Shown here: positions 1 through 11,661 of the stretch, in pieces
Position numbering within the stretch: the first letter of the stretch is position 1
How the letters are laid out: the number at the start of each line of letters is the position of its first letter
Assembly: GCA_013239625.1 (NCBI GenBank)
Contig: MU053482.1
Span: 2,767,168-2,831,167, forward strand
Source: Lama guanicoe
Lineage: Eukaryota
Direction: 5' to 3'
Length of the DNA: 64,000 nucleotides
Notes under the pieces: generated by a model
Told to the model about the DNA's origin: nothing
Seen by the model: only the letters and a program-made list of their open reading frames with translations
Database searches by the model: none
Made by a program: the position numbers and the translations under genes

Positions 1-263
1 TCTGACAGGCTTATTGACCTGCTGCCTTATAGAGCCCTCTCTTTCCCCCAAAGTTCAAGATTTCTACAAGCTAAGTACAGAGAACATACTTAAGCTTAAG
101 ATACCCAGGTGTGTGATTTATTTTTATTTTTAAAACACATTTGACATTTTTAAATTGAGTCTTGTTCAAATTGTAGGACCGTCTTTTCTGACTAGTATAT
201 CATTGACCTTGATTTTATTACCTTGGCTCTGATTTTATTATTCCTAACTAAGCTTTAAACAAA

Positions 264-352
264 TTTGTTTTGTTTTTTAATGGAAGTACTTCAGATTGAT
301 CCCAGGACCTCGTGTATGCTAAGCACATACATGCTCTACCACTGAGCTGCAT
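264..352 (-). mobile_element. tRNA-Ala-derived SINE (camelid-type)
   Basis: Reverse complement of the GCTCAGTGGTAGAGC...GCTTAGCAT...GGTCCTGGG body, with a T-rich tail on the + strand. Confidence 0.8.
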
Positions 353-477
353 CCAGGATACTGGTTTTTACTTATAAAATGTATAGACTCTGTTGTCAAG
401 GGTGTGGGAATACATGTATTTGCATAAATTAATGATGGGATTATGAATTGATACACCTTCTCTGAGGGGGACTGTGT

Positions 478-521
478 GCCTGCCTGCCTGCCTGCCTGCC
501 TATGTGTGTGTCTGTGTGTGT
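478..521. repeat. (TGCC)n/(TG)n microsatellite
   Basis: Read directly from the sequence. Confidence 0.9.
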
Positions 522-1361
522 AATAGCTCCAGATTTGTCTTCCAAAGCTCCAGATTTACATAGGCATATACTAGCAGAGTTTAAGTGGTAGCCATTTTGA
601 AATCAATGTCTGAGTACACTGTTATTTTATGTGAGTTTTTCAGAGGCATTCAAGTCTTGGCACTGATAATATGAATACCATTCCTAAGCTCTTTTCGAGA
701 AGGATAAAGAGAAATGGACTGCTTAGCTACAGAAATTTATTCTATATGTAATAAATTAGTATCATACAGACACACTATGCATATATATTACATTGTACAT
801 TCCCTTTGACCCAGCAGTTTATTTCTGGTAAATATACTAAGTATGTGTATAATGACCGATGTACAAATTTATTCCCGAGACCATAGTATATAGTATTAAA
901 GGCTTGGAAATTATTTTTAAATGTCTATCCATTAGGGGATTGGTTAGTACATTACCATTCAGTTATGCAATAAATTTCTGTAGACACAAGAAAGAAGGAG
1001 CAGTCTTTGTTTATTGGTAAAGAATGATCTTCAAGATAATGCAAATATGTTACTGCTTGTGTAAAAAAGGAGTTGAGAGAATACATAAGAAACTGTGATA
1101 ATGTTGATTTTCTCTGGGAAAGAGAACCAGGTGGGTTACTGGGGTATATTTTAATAAGACAGCAACTTTACATTATATTTTGTGCCCATGTGAGTACCCT
1201 ATTGAAAAAATACGTAAAATTTTGATTTCACAAGCAGGTTGAAGGGAATAGGTCCTGTAAAATGTCACTTTCTTGGTTGAGTGTGGTTATACAGTAAGAG
1301 GGAAGGAAGAAAAATAATATTTCAGAAAGAAGAAAATGCTAATTTTTCTTGTGTTTGTTAG

Positions 1362-1508
1362 GTGGAAGTTTAGCTGATGCCATAAGTGAAAACTATAGAA
1401 GCATGAGTTACTTTACAGAAGCAGAGTTAAAGGATCTCCTTTTGCAAGTTGGCCGTGGCTTGAGGTATATTCATTCAATGTCTTTGGTTCACATGGATAT
1501 AAAGCCTA
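1362..1508 (+). CDS. WEE1: WEE1 kinase coding exon (GGSLADAISENYR...HMDIKPS), 147 nt
   Basis: AG acceptor at 1360-1361 and GTAAGT donor at 1509. Translation contains the catalytic loop HMDIKP and matches Wee1A kinase. Confidence 0.97.
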
Positions 1509-3907
1509 GTAAGTATCATAGATCCTCTGAACTGTGTTCTTTAGAGTTGTAGAGAATAAATGATTTCATGAAAACATATACATCTTGATATGTTTTTTCA
1601 TTGTTAGTTTTAAAAGACTTTTGACCCACTTAGTAGTGTTTTATTTCCCATCCCTCTTCCCTTGTTACCCCAAAAGTTTTGAAATAATAAATTCATTTTT
1701 AATAAAAGCTGGGAAAAACTTGCTGCATCTTATGGGAACCACATTGTCTTGGAGTGGGACTCTGATGGGGAGACTAAGATCCTGGGTTTAAAGCCCCTTT
1801 CTTGTACTAGGCTATTGAACCATAATTATAAATTAATGCTGGTGGTGCTAAGGGGGTTATTACAATAGAATGAAAAATGTGAATATGTTTTGAAAACCTA
1901 GGTGCTATGCAAATCTGGAGGTATGTCTAGTATGTAATGGGAGTAATACATTGTTATCATATGACCCAGAGAACAAAATGACACATGTATTATAACTGCA
2001 TTAAAAAGGTTGCATATAAATCGGGGTTGGAAAGTATAGGAACATAGTGGTTTTATTTTTTTCTTTAGTGTTAGATCACTTTTCAGCTAAAAAATTGATT
2101 TTTATATATAAATGGCTCTAATAGATCAACCATACTATGGCTCAGAACAACCGCATAGTATTCTTTCAAAGGCTTTTGAGATTTCAAACTGAAGGAAAAG
2201 TGGTATGAATCAAGATGTAGGCCTACATAATTTTAACTTAAAAAGAAACAAAATTTTATTACAGAAGCAGTGATTAGTATACTGTAGAAATATCTTAAAA
2301 TATAGACAAGCCAGACTTAAAAAAAAATTAAATCCCCACTCTTCTATTAATCTTTGGAACTACAGTTATAAAATAATGTCAGTGCTGCTAACAGGGTTAT
2401 TAGGACAAACTGAGGTGTGAAAATGCTTTGAAAACTTATGTGCTATACAAGCATGGTAGTATTTCTAGGCTATAAAGTACCATGAAAATGTGACTATTCG
2501 GAAAACAAAATGATACATGCATTTTGATTATCTTGCATTAATAAAAGGATGCAAGTGAATCCTACACTAACGTTTTTGTAAAAATCCTTCTCAATTTATC
2601 AAAAATAACATCATAGAGTACATACTGCTTTATAACTTTAAATCAACTGTCTGTACCTTTCCATTTCAGTAGATTTTCATCTCATATAGTAGCCAGATTG
2701 TATTAAAATTTTTCCTAGCTGACCCAAGTTGATTTGTTCAAACTAGTATCTGTTTCAGGATGTACAGTATATCTGGTTAAAACCATTTTTCTTTTTCAGG
2801 TTTTACCATTCCCCTACTTTAAAAAAGTAATAATAAAGACTTTGTCTTGCAAGATACACTTTCTTCTGGATTTGACTGGTTGCTTCCTTGCATCATATAG
2901 CTTATTCCTTTCTCCATCCTATAAATTAGAAGTTACAACTAAAAGGTTGATGGATTCAAGTTAAACATTTTAGGCTAAGTGTTTTTAAGTTGAATTTAGT
3001 AAGTTTTTTAATCTATGGAAATGTATATGATTCATGGGAATTTAAATCATTTTATACAATTATATGAACTATGTGAAGAATTTCTTTTCTGTACGTTAAC
3101 TTACTAAAATGTGTATTTTCAAAAAGAAAAAAAATACATTAGAACTGATGGCAGTAAATATGGATCAGTAAGGTTTGCCCATACTCATTCATTTCATATA
3201 TTAAATGTCAGACAAACATAGTAGACCCCTTATATTACAAGTACAAAAGTTAAAAATATTAAGACATGTGAAGTTTTAAATTTTCATTTACAAATATCAC
3301 CGTAAAATAAGTTGTCCTGTAAATAAAGCAGAATTGGAAAGATGACTCCAGTGAATGTAACATTTAGAAATTCAATACTATATTGATAAAACTATTAAAA
3401 TAAAATCTGCCACTAAAACTTATGTTAATCATGAGCTTACCTGAATTTGAAGGAAAAAAGTATGGGTAAAGCAGAAATGGTGAACCACAAAACTACATTG
3501 GGATGTAGATTCTGTAGGATCAGTCAAACTCAAGAGCTACATGACTTGTTCTTTTCACACTAGCCTTGTAACATTAAGTTAAAGCATCACAAATTAGTAT
3601 GTTAATTGCCTTTTGTATTATTTCTAAATAATTAAAACTGCTGTAGATTAATGTGTAGGTGACAAGGGTCTAATGTGGTGATTTCCAAGTGTTAAAGAAC
3701 TAGTGCTAGGCCAGAAAATACATTCGTAGAAAGTATAGCCCCAGTGCTTATCACCTAACATTCTCATTCTCACTGGGTTTGGGGTAGAACTCATGAGAAT
3801 CTATATATGTAAAAGCTACCAGCATGATTCTGTTGTCTGACCTTGTTTGTGAACTTTGGTTCTACTATTAATTGTTAGTGTGGCTTACCTAAATAACTGT
3901 TCGACAG

Positions 3908-4003
3908 GTAATATTTTCATATCTCGAACTTCAATCCCAAATGCTGCCTCTGAAGAAGGAGATGAAGATGACTGGGCATCCAACAAAGTTATGTTTAAAA
4001 TAG
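3908..4003 (+). CDS. WEE1: WEE1 coding exon (SNIFISRTSIPNAASEEGDEDDWASNKVMFKIG), 96 nt
   Basis: CAG acceptor at 3905-3907 and GTAAG donor at 4004. In frame with the flanking exons (phase 1-1). Confidence 0.96.
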   Translation, partial: VIFSYLELQSQMLPLKKEMKMTGHPTKLCLK

Positions 4004-4090
4004 GTAAGAAAAAAAGATAACCAGATGATTTGTTAAAATAAAGGAGGAGAGGCTATTTTAACTTTTGACTATTTTTTTCAATACTTCTAG

Positions 4091-4176
4091 GTGACCTTGG
4101 GCATGTAACAAGGATCTCCAGTCCACAAGTTGAAGAGGGTGATAGCCGTTTTCTTGCAAATGAAGTTTTGCAGGAG
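4091..4176 (+). CDS. WEE1: WEE1 coding exon ([29 protein letters not shown]), 86 nt
   Basis: TAG acceptor and GT donor at 4177. Contains the DLG motif and the Wee-family EGD activation-segment signature. Confidence 0.97.
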
Positions 4177-4641
4177 GTAGTGTGTCTCCTTTAAGCCGTT
4201 TGCTTTGTAATACTTATCTGTTGATAGAAGATTATAAATGCAGATGTACTAAATTTTAAGCTAATGACTAGTAGAAAGGTAATACAAAATGAAAAGTCTA
4301 AACTGTTAGCTTGTGGGGTTATTTAATCTAGTGAAAGTCAGTAAAGGCAAAGATTATATAATGTTCAACAGTGGTGGAGCTGTGGTAAAAAAAGTTTCCA
4401 TACACTACTGGTGGAACTTTAAAATGTCATTGCCTTTTTGGAGTGTTAGTATCTATCAACATTTTAAAATCATGTACCCTCTGACCCAGAATTTCCATTT
4501 CTGGGAGTCTCTCCAACAGAAATATTCATATACAAATTGAGAATACTGTAGAGAGATACTTAGCAATGAGAGAATGATTAAATTATGGCACATAGTTGAC
4601 AATACTGTTTCAAAAGTAACAAAACATTTCTTGATAAGAGT

Positions 4642-4760
4642 CTAATTAATTAATTATTTTAAATTATTATTATTTTTTAATGGAGGTACTGGGGATTGAT
4701 CCCAGGACCTTGTGCATGCTAAGCATGTGCTCTACCACTGAGCTATTTCCTTCCCCACCC
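4642..4760 (-). mobile_element. tRNA-Ala-derived SINE with 12-bp TSD, inside an old L1 3' fragment
   Basis: SINE body on the minus strand. TSD CTTGATAAGAGT at 4630-4641 and 4761-4772. Confidence 0.9.
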
Positions 4761-5220
4761 CTTGATAAGAGTTTTAAATGAAAACAGAACAAGTAGAGCA
4801 AATGAGTTGTATGATCCCATTGTTCTTGTTATATGTATAAATTAGTGTCTTTTATGTATATGCATATTTCTAACTTGTTGATGTATGTATGTTGTGTGTT
4901 TTCAAATGAATGCCGCTAGGGGATAGGAGTTTCTTCCGAGAGTTGAATTGGGCTATTGATAAAGAGGAGGCCTTTCGGAAATGCCTGAATACTTTTAGAG
5001 ATGTATTAATCATCCTACCCCAGAATGTGTATTACTTTGTAATTAAAAAAAAAAAAATAATCTCTCCAAATTTAGCTTGTTCTCTGAATAGGTCCTAAAC
5101 TCATTTAAGTGGCATTGGACATTTTAATGTAGTCTTATTTCTTCTTAAATCATCATTGAGTAATCTTACTTTATTAGGTCCATTTTATATTCCCTTAAAA
5201 TTTTCTTTTTAATTTTACAG

Positions 5221-5391
5221 AACTATACTCATCTACCAAAAGCAGATATTTTTGCCCTTGCCCTCACAGTGGTATGTGCTGCTGGTGCTGAGCCTCTTCC
5301 AAGAAATGGAGACCAATGGCATGAAATCAGACAGGGTAGATTACCTCGGATTCCACAAGTGCTTTCCCAAGAATTTACAGAGTTGCTCAAA
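5221..5391 (+). CDS. WEE1: WEE1 coding exon (NYTHLPKADIFALALTV...EFTELLK), 171 nt
   Basis: Polypyrimidine tract plus CAG acceptor, GT donor at 5392. Encodes kinase subdomain IX (ADIFALAL). Confidence 0.97.
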
Positions 5392-5483
5392 GTGTGTATT
5401 TTATATATGAAGCACTTAATTGATACAATTCAATATTTTATTAAATTGCATATCTTTACCTTAATTTTACTTCTCTTTTTAAG

Positions 5484-5629
5484 GTGATGATTCATCCAGA
5501 TCCAGAAAGAAGACCTTCAGCAATGGCACTGGTAAAGCATTCAGTATTGCTGTCTGCTTCTAGGAAAAGTGCAGAACAATTACGGATAGAATTGAATGCT
5601 GAAAAGTTCAAAAATTCGCTTTTGCAGAA
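5484..5629 (+). CDS. WEE1: WEE1 coding exon (VMIHPDPERRPSAMALVKH...NSLLQK), 146 nt
   Basis: AAG acceptor and GTAAGT donor at 5630. Encodes subdomain XI (PDPERRPS) and the start of the C-terminal coiled coil. Confidence 0.97.
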
Positions 5630-6534
5630 GTAAGTGAGGGGTTTTTTGGTTTTACTTTCTCATTTTTATTCTCAAATTTTAACAAGAGATGATTTAGGCT
5701 TTATGATAATGAAGAATATGGTGGCTTGGCATGTTGTACGGTTAAAGTTTGGGGACTTCTGCCTTAAATTAGTATTTGACCTATAAATTTAGATTGTTTC
5801 TAAACTTTGAAGCTATGGACTTAAAAAATTTTAAGACTAGCATATATTTGCAAGTGGTGATAATCCCAAGCCCCAGATTGTAGCAAAAAACTAAAATGAG
5901 CAGGTACCGGTTTCCCTCTAAACTCTCCTCATAAATTAACGTTTTTCTTGAAACATTCTGTTCTACTTATTTTTATGAAAGGATGAAATTAATGTTGATT
6001 AGGTTAGTAGATGATTTCATCTGAATAAGCTTTGACATTTTTGGAAAACTGGTTGGAATGATAATGCTAATTCATTTGCTTTATTGCTACCATTTTGATT
6101 CTAACCTAATAAAACTGACTTGAAATATTTAAAGGTTTATTTGCCATTAGTTTGATAGCTATCAGTTTATATAAAGAGAAAGTAGAATTTTCCTTTTGCC
6201 TCTATTATGTAAAGATACTTTCACAATATGAATTAGAGTTCTATTTGAAATTATTTTTTAAGACCTAAAGTCATTACTAGCATTGCTAACATTACTAGCA
6301 TCCAAATGTATATAATATTTTAATTCTGAAAGCACAGAGTAAAAATATTTCATGAATTTAAGTTTGAGCAGAAGCTAAAGTTTCATATTGTATATTTTCT
6401 TTCCTCAATTGCATCTTAGAATAATGATGGCATTCAAAGATCTGATAGTGTAGTTTGTATTTGGCCTTTTAGAATCCCTTACTAAGATTAATAAAGTCAG
6501 TGAAAAGTCTTGTTTCCTATTTTTATATTCTTAG

Positions 6535-6688
6535 AGAACTCAAGAAAGCCCAGATGGCAAAAGCTGCTGCTGAGGAAAGAGCACTCTTCACTGACCGGAT
6601 GGCCACTAGGTCCACCACCCAGAGTAATAGAACATCTCGACTTATTGGAAAGAAAATGAACCGCTCTGTCAGCCTTACTATATACTGA
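6535..6688 (+). CDS. WEE1: WEE1 last coding exon (ELKKAQMAK...NRSVSLTIY*)
   Basis: TAG acceptor at 6532-6534 and TGA stop at 6686-6688. The C-terminus RSVSLTIY is characteristic of WEE1. Confidence 0.97.
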
Positions 6689-7880
6689 ACTACTCATTTC
6701 CCACCTCCCCCCAGAAAACTGTGACAAGAGGAAGCTAGGTTGAAATCACTGCTAGAATCCAGTTTGCAATTACTTTCTCAGTCGGTGTCAGTAGTTTTAC
6801 TGAAATACCTTTTAGGACTTTTATTTGTGAATTACAGTTGAAAACTGTATTTTGACCAGTGCTATATTAGGCTTTCGTCTAGTCTTAAAGTCTGTCTTCT
6901 GTAGGGTGTCAGTCACTGTTGGATGTTACACCAGCCTTTCCAAGGTTAACCACTGTGGTGGTGTGCTGCTTATAGTTTGCTGTTGCATTGTAATAAAAGG
7001 TATCTTTCCCTGTAGTGACCTGTAAAAAGGACTCAAGGGCTTTATTACAAACATATTTTCCCTTTGAAAAGGGAAATGCTAAGAGACTCAGTACTCCTCA
7101 GCCTTCCGTGTACCTGTGTGTCAACCTTTTCTTTCTTTTTTTTTTCTAATTGTGAATTATACTTGTATATCCAACTGGGAGCACTTTGTAGGCATTGCAT
7201 GAACCATGGAATGATAATTCTGTGGAAGTATTGCCTTGTGAATTTGCTGCTATTTTAGTTTTGTCTTTGCTATAAAATTGTAGCATTAAACAATCATTGT
7301 TGTTAATAGGCTTTCTTTTTAAAACAATTATGTGAAATATATAGCTGCTCTTGATGAAAAGCAGTTATTTGCCCTTATTTTTCCTTTGAACTTTGAAGCT
7401 AGTGCATTGGAGAAATGCACCTTTCCCCCTCTTTGGAATGCTGTATTAATGTAGTATAATTATTACTGGTTTTGTAATTTTTCCTGATACTGCCCTACCC
7501 TCTTTTTAAAAAATGTTTCCTCTCTCCACCCAAGTTTTGTACTTGATTGTATTGTTAGTCTGTTTTTAAATGTTTTGCCCGGTTTCTCTTCAATATTTGT
7601 GTACATAAACTAATCTTGATGATACTGTACATAGCTGTTTAAAATGCCAGAATGACTTCTGACTATTCCAAGCTTTTCACAAAATACATTTTATCTGTGA
7701 TTAGCCATTTGACTAACCATGCTGGCTAACAGATGTTGCAAAAAAAAAAAAAAAGGAATTTGTGTATTGTTTGTTTTCCTATTAATTTTGGTTTGAAACA
7801 TGTTTGCACTTGTCTGTTTGACTTGTGTTTTATTAACATTGATTGGCATATTAAAAGTCACTCTGAGCTTACCTTAATTG
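6689..7880 (+). other. WEE1: WEE1 3' UTR (end approximate)
   Basis: Repeat-free AU-rich sequence after the stop codon. Poly(A) hexamers: AATAAA 6992-6997, ATTAAA 7285-7290, ATTAAA 7850-7855. Confidence 0.8.
7850..7855 (+). terminator. Probable distal polyadenylation signal ATTAAA of WEE1
   Basis: Variant hexamer followed by GT/T-rich sequence downstream (TTTGTGGTG at ~7888). Confidence 0.65.
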
Positions 7881-9479
7881 TCTAAATCTTTGTGGTGCCT
7901 ATTTTCTATTTTATCTCCATTATCACTACATTTTAAAATGTAGAGTATAAAGTATATAAAGTCCCCAAAACAGAGCACATTTTTGATAGACTATGAAACA
8001 TTGATTATTTAATGATGAGCTTAAGTCCACAATAGTTTGGGGATTTAAGAAGAATTTACCCATCATCCTTGAATTTTTTTTTGGCATAAGGACTTAATAT
8101 TTTTACATCACATTGCATATTATACATTCGATCTGTCGGAAATTTATAATGCAGTTTAAAATAGCTTTATATTGTTAAGTGAATATAATGGATATGATTC
8201 ATAACTTTCTAATTTGAACTGAGTCACAGGAGAGAGCTTTGAAGTGGGGAGTTTTTAACGCACTAAATTGGGCTGAATTTTAGAATTGAGTGCAAATTTA
8301 AGTGATTGGCAGTGTTAATTCTATGTGATGTCTTTTTCTGACATAGATTAGAACCAGAGAGATAAGCACTGAAGGCCTTCTAGCAGATAAAAATGGATGT
8401 TACAAGATCTTTGTGCTTTTTGATCATAGGTCGTATCTCTTGATTAGGACCTATTCTATAAACACTTCTAACAAGTTTGATTATTTTGCTTTTAATCTCA
8501 TGGCATGTTAAAAAGCTCAGTTCAAAACTGTGAGAGGAATTGGTCCAGACAGACAAATTAGACATAAAAGCTGGTAAGTGTGGGAGGCAGAAAACCTTTG
8601 AAAAGGCTGTATAGGCTGGAACAGGTAATATATTTCAGCCACTGAGGACAAAGCTAAAAAATAAAATTGGTGTTTAGTAGCATCACTCATTAAGTCATTA
8701 AGGTGCATTTTTCCTAGTGCACTAGCTTCAAAGAAAAAAATCAGGTGTTGGTTTTCATCAAGATTTGCAGTGAATTCTTTACATATTGTTTAAGAATAGT
8801 AAATTAAGTAGAAAAAGTCTAATTTTCAAAGGGCATTCTTAAGCTATCTGAAAGCTGATATGAGAGTCGGGCTCTTATTCAACATAGGATGCTTATGCTA
8901 AGTGCCTTTTATATGCCACCTGGTAAACAGAAGAAATAGTCTTTGACCACTAGGGACCTGGGATAAAATAGAGGAGACTCATATAAACAGAATGACAATA
9001 AAATGTGGTAAGTCCTATGTTGGAGGGATGGCTCAAAGGACAATTACATACCTTGGAAAGGTGCTGGTGGCAGATAAGAGAATGGATCCTGGGAATTACG
9101 TTTAGATTAGTTTCAAAGCCATTGTAGTATTGAATCATGGTAAGACTAAGGAGGGCCTGAACTAGGACACCTATGGATGGAAACAAGGGGCTAGGATTTC
9201 GTTAGATGGGAACACTGCACGTTGAACTGCAGTTTTTGTTTTATAACAGAGTGAGAACTTGTTAGTATAATGTCAGGATATAAAGCTACAAGCGCTAATA
9301 CAGAAGCATTGAAGAATTTCCCAGAAACATTTATTAAAATGCAGGGGTCTGTTTTGTTTGAGTCAGGTTTTTGGCATTGATAAAACAACTTTTTTAGAAA
9401 GCTAACTTTAGTAAAGAAGAAAATTTTGTAATATTGACTTTGCAGGTGGGTAGGAGGAATAAGATACTGCAGTAAACTA

Positions 9480-9990
9480 CAAATCGAAACTTGCCTTACC
9501 TTTCTTTATCTTGCCAGGAATCCAAGGCAGCCCCCTTAAACTAATGAACTGATGTCTTTTGAAAAGACAGTTCTCAAGCTTTGATTTTGACTCTGCTTTG
9601 TCCCGGAGGGCAAGAAATATAAGGGCATTTAAAAAATTGGTAACAGCTGGGTTTGGGTATTGATAACGAAAAAAAATTGATAGTAGCTTGGCTTTAGGCT
9701 GTTTCCTAATTCTTAAGCAGCAGCATCCTGATATTAGAGTAGTTCTTCCTCCCCTATTCAGTCTCCACAAAGCATCTCACTGACTTCAGCCAACAGATCA
9801 AGTAAGTTGTTGCATCCTTAAGGTATTTTTCTTTATGAAATTTTTAAAGGCCAATTAAAGCAATCAATAAGGAGGATGGATCAAAAAGAATTTTGGAAGT
9901 GTTTTGGATATTGTGAAAATTGTAAGTGAAGCCTGGAACTAGGATTTTGGAGGAAACTGCCTCAGTCAGTATTTTGAAGGCGTTTGTATA
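9480..9990 (+). mobile_element. Highly decayed pogo/Tigger transposase remnant
   Basis: Colinear frameshifted motifs LTLLC, RNIRAFKK, LQPTDQ (9784-9801)/VVASLR, KEFWK (9885-9899) and LDIVKIVSEAWN (9904-9939), resembling the DDE_1 domain of Tigger/TIGD proteins. Confidence 0.6.
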
Positions 9991-11569
9991 ACTGTAAAAA
10001 GCATCACTGAAACTGATTGCGGAGTGAGTGGATCTAGAAATTTCTCCTGCAAACTTGGTTGTTTTGTTAGACATTTCTCAGAAGCTCAGCAAAGTAGATT
10101 TTTTATAAAAATGGAAGAGTAAGACATTGAAACTGTCCCTCTCCCAACATTTAGCTTTCAAAAATCTTGAGAGGCGTTCATCTGAACATCATTGAACTTG
10201 TTTTTTTCTTTGTGGCAGATGGCCCTAATTTTCAGTGCAGTTCAAAGGTCTCTGGAGTAAGGAAAAATACCTATGTATGCTCTAGGAAGAGTTACCAGGA
10301 AAAGATGGCATGTTCTGTCCAAACTTCATTAAACTAAGAGTCTAAGAAACCTCAGCCAGTCCCGCCCATGAAGAAAAATGCCTCAAAGGAACATTTACAT
10401 CATAGTTCACATTGTTTAGTTTTATATGGTTAATAAATATTTTGAAGAGCATATTCTTTGTTTTGAGTTTTGACATTCTTAATGTATGAAATGGCTTTCC
10501 AGGCCTGAAATTCCAGTTTATGCCTACTAATCCATTACACCAATGGGAAATGCAGGCTCAGTGTACATTCACTCCATTTAGGATTATTAACCAGGAGCAG
10601 AGTCACTTTTCCACAGGTTAGAGGATGGAGGCTCAGCTGAGTTAAGAAACCGAGGAACTCAATTTGGCAAGTAGGAGAACCAGAATTCCAGCTGAGATCT
10701 CACAGCAAAGAATCATGCTTCTTCCAGACACATGAAGGTTGAGGACAATACTAATTAAAGGGGCAGTCTAAGAATTAGGAAAACTGGGAAGATTCTTGGT
10801 ACGGAGACCAAGAGAGAAGTTTGAAGGAAGAATTGGTTAACTGAGACTGTATACAGAAAAGATTAAGAAATGACCCAAAGCTCCACGAATGCATCTGAAA
10901 TTTATTAGATCTTTGGCAAGCAGTGTCAGTAGAGAGGGAACAGAAGCCAGATTACAGTGAGTTGGGTGTAAATGGGAGCAAGAGAGACCGCAAACAATAA
11001 ATTTTGAGAAACACACCTGACAAAGCAGGGCGAGGGTGGAGAGCGCCATACAGTTAGAGAGGAATCTTTGGGTCTTGTGATACTGCTGTTTATTGATCAC
11101 CTATTATGTGCTCAGTGTCTTACATACATAATGTCAATCTTCATAAGAACTCTACACAAAATCCTCATTTTACTCATATTAGAGAGATAAAACAAATTTC
11201 CCAGATGACGTAGCTACAAAGTTTCAGCGTTCAAACCTAAAGCATTTGGCCAAACCATTAGCCGAATTGATAGCAAGTCCTTTGAGCCTGGAGCAGAGGA
11301 AGAGTGAATGTGATGAGACACGTTTGGAAGAGTTTAGGGGAATGCAGGACATAGGGCAGGGGAATTCCAGGCTGAGGCCTCTTGTCCAGTCCTGGGAACT
11401 GTAAATGCCTATGGACAGATGCACACATGTGAGAGGAGTCCCGTCTCATCCCACTGCATTCTTTCCTTCCCAACAAGGGAAATAGAGAGTATACTGTATA
11501 ACTATTTAAAGCAAGGTTTCAAGGAGCTCATATATATATAATGTATTTTCTTGATTGAACAGCCTGTTC

Positions 11570-11661
11570 TATTTTTGTTGTTTTAATGGAGGGACTGGGG
11601 ATTGAACCCAGGACCTTGGGCATGCTAAGCATGCACTCTACCACTAAGCTATACCCCCCCA
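11570..11661 (-). mobile_element. tRNA-Ala-derived SINE
   Basis: GGGGATTGAACCCAGGACC...GCTAAGCATGCACTCTACCACTAAGCTATAC. Confidence 0.88.

Noticed and set aside
1509..3907. Possible U12-type intron, because of the poor pyrimidine tract
   Set aside because: The donor is GTAAGT (U2-type), not GTATCCTT, and there is no TCCTTAAC branch site.
7740..7754. A15 tract as a transcript end or retro-insertion tail
   Set aside because: It is a genomic A-run inside the UTR with no TSD or upstream hexamer. It is relevant only as an oligo-dT internal priming artefact.
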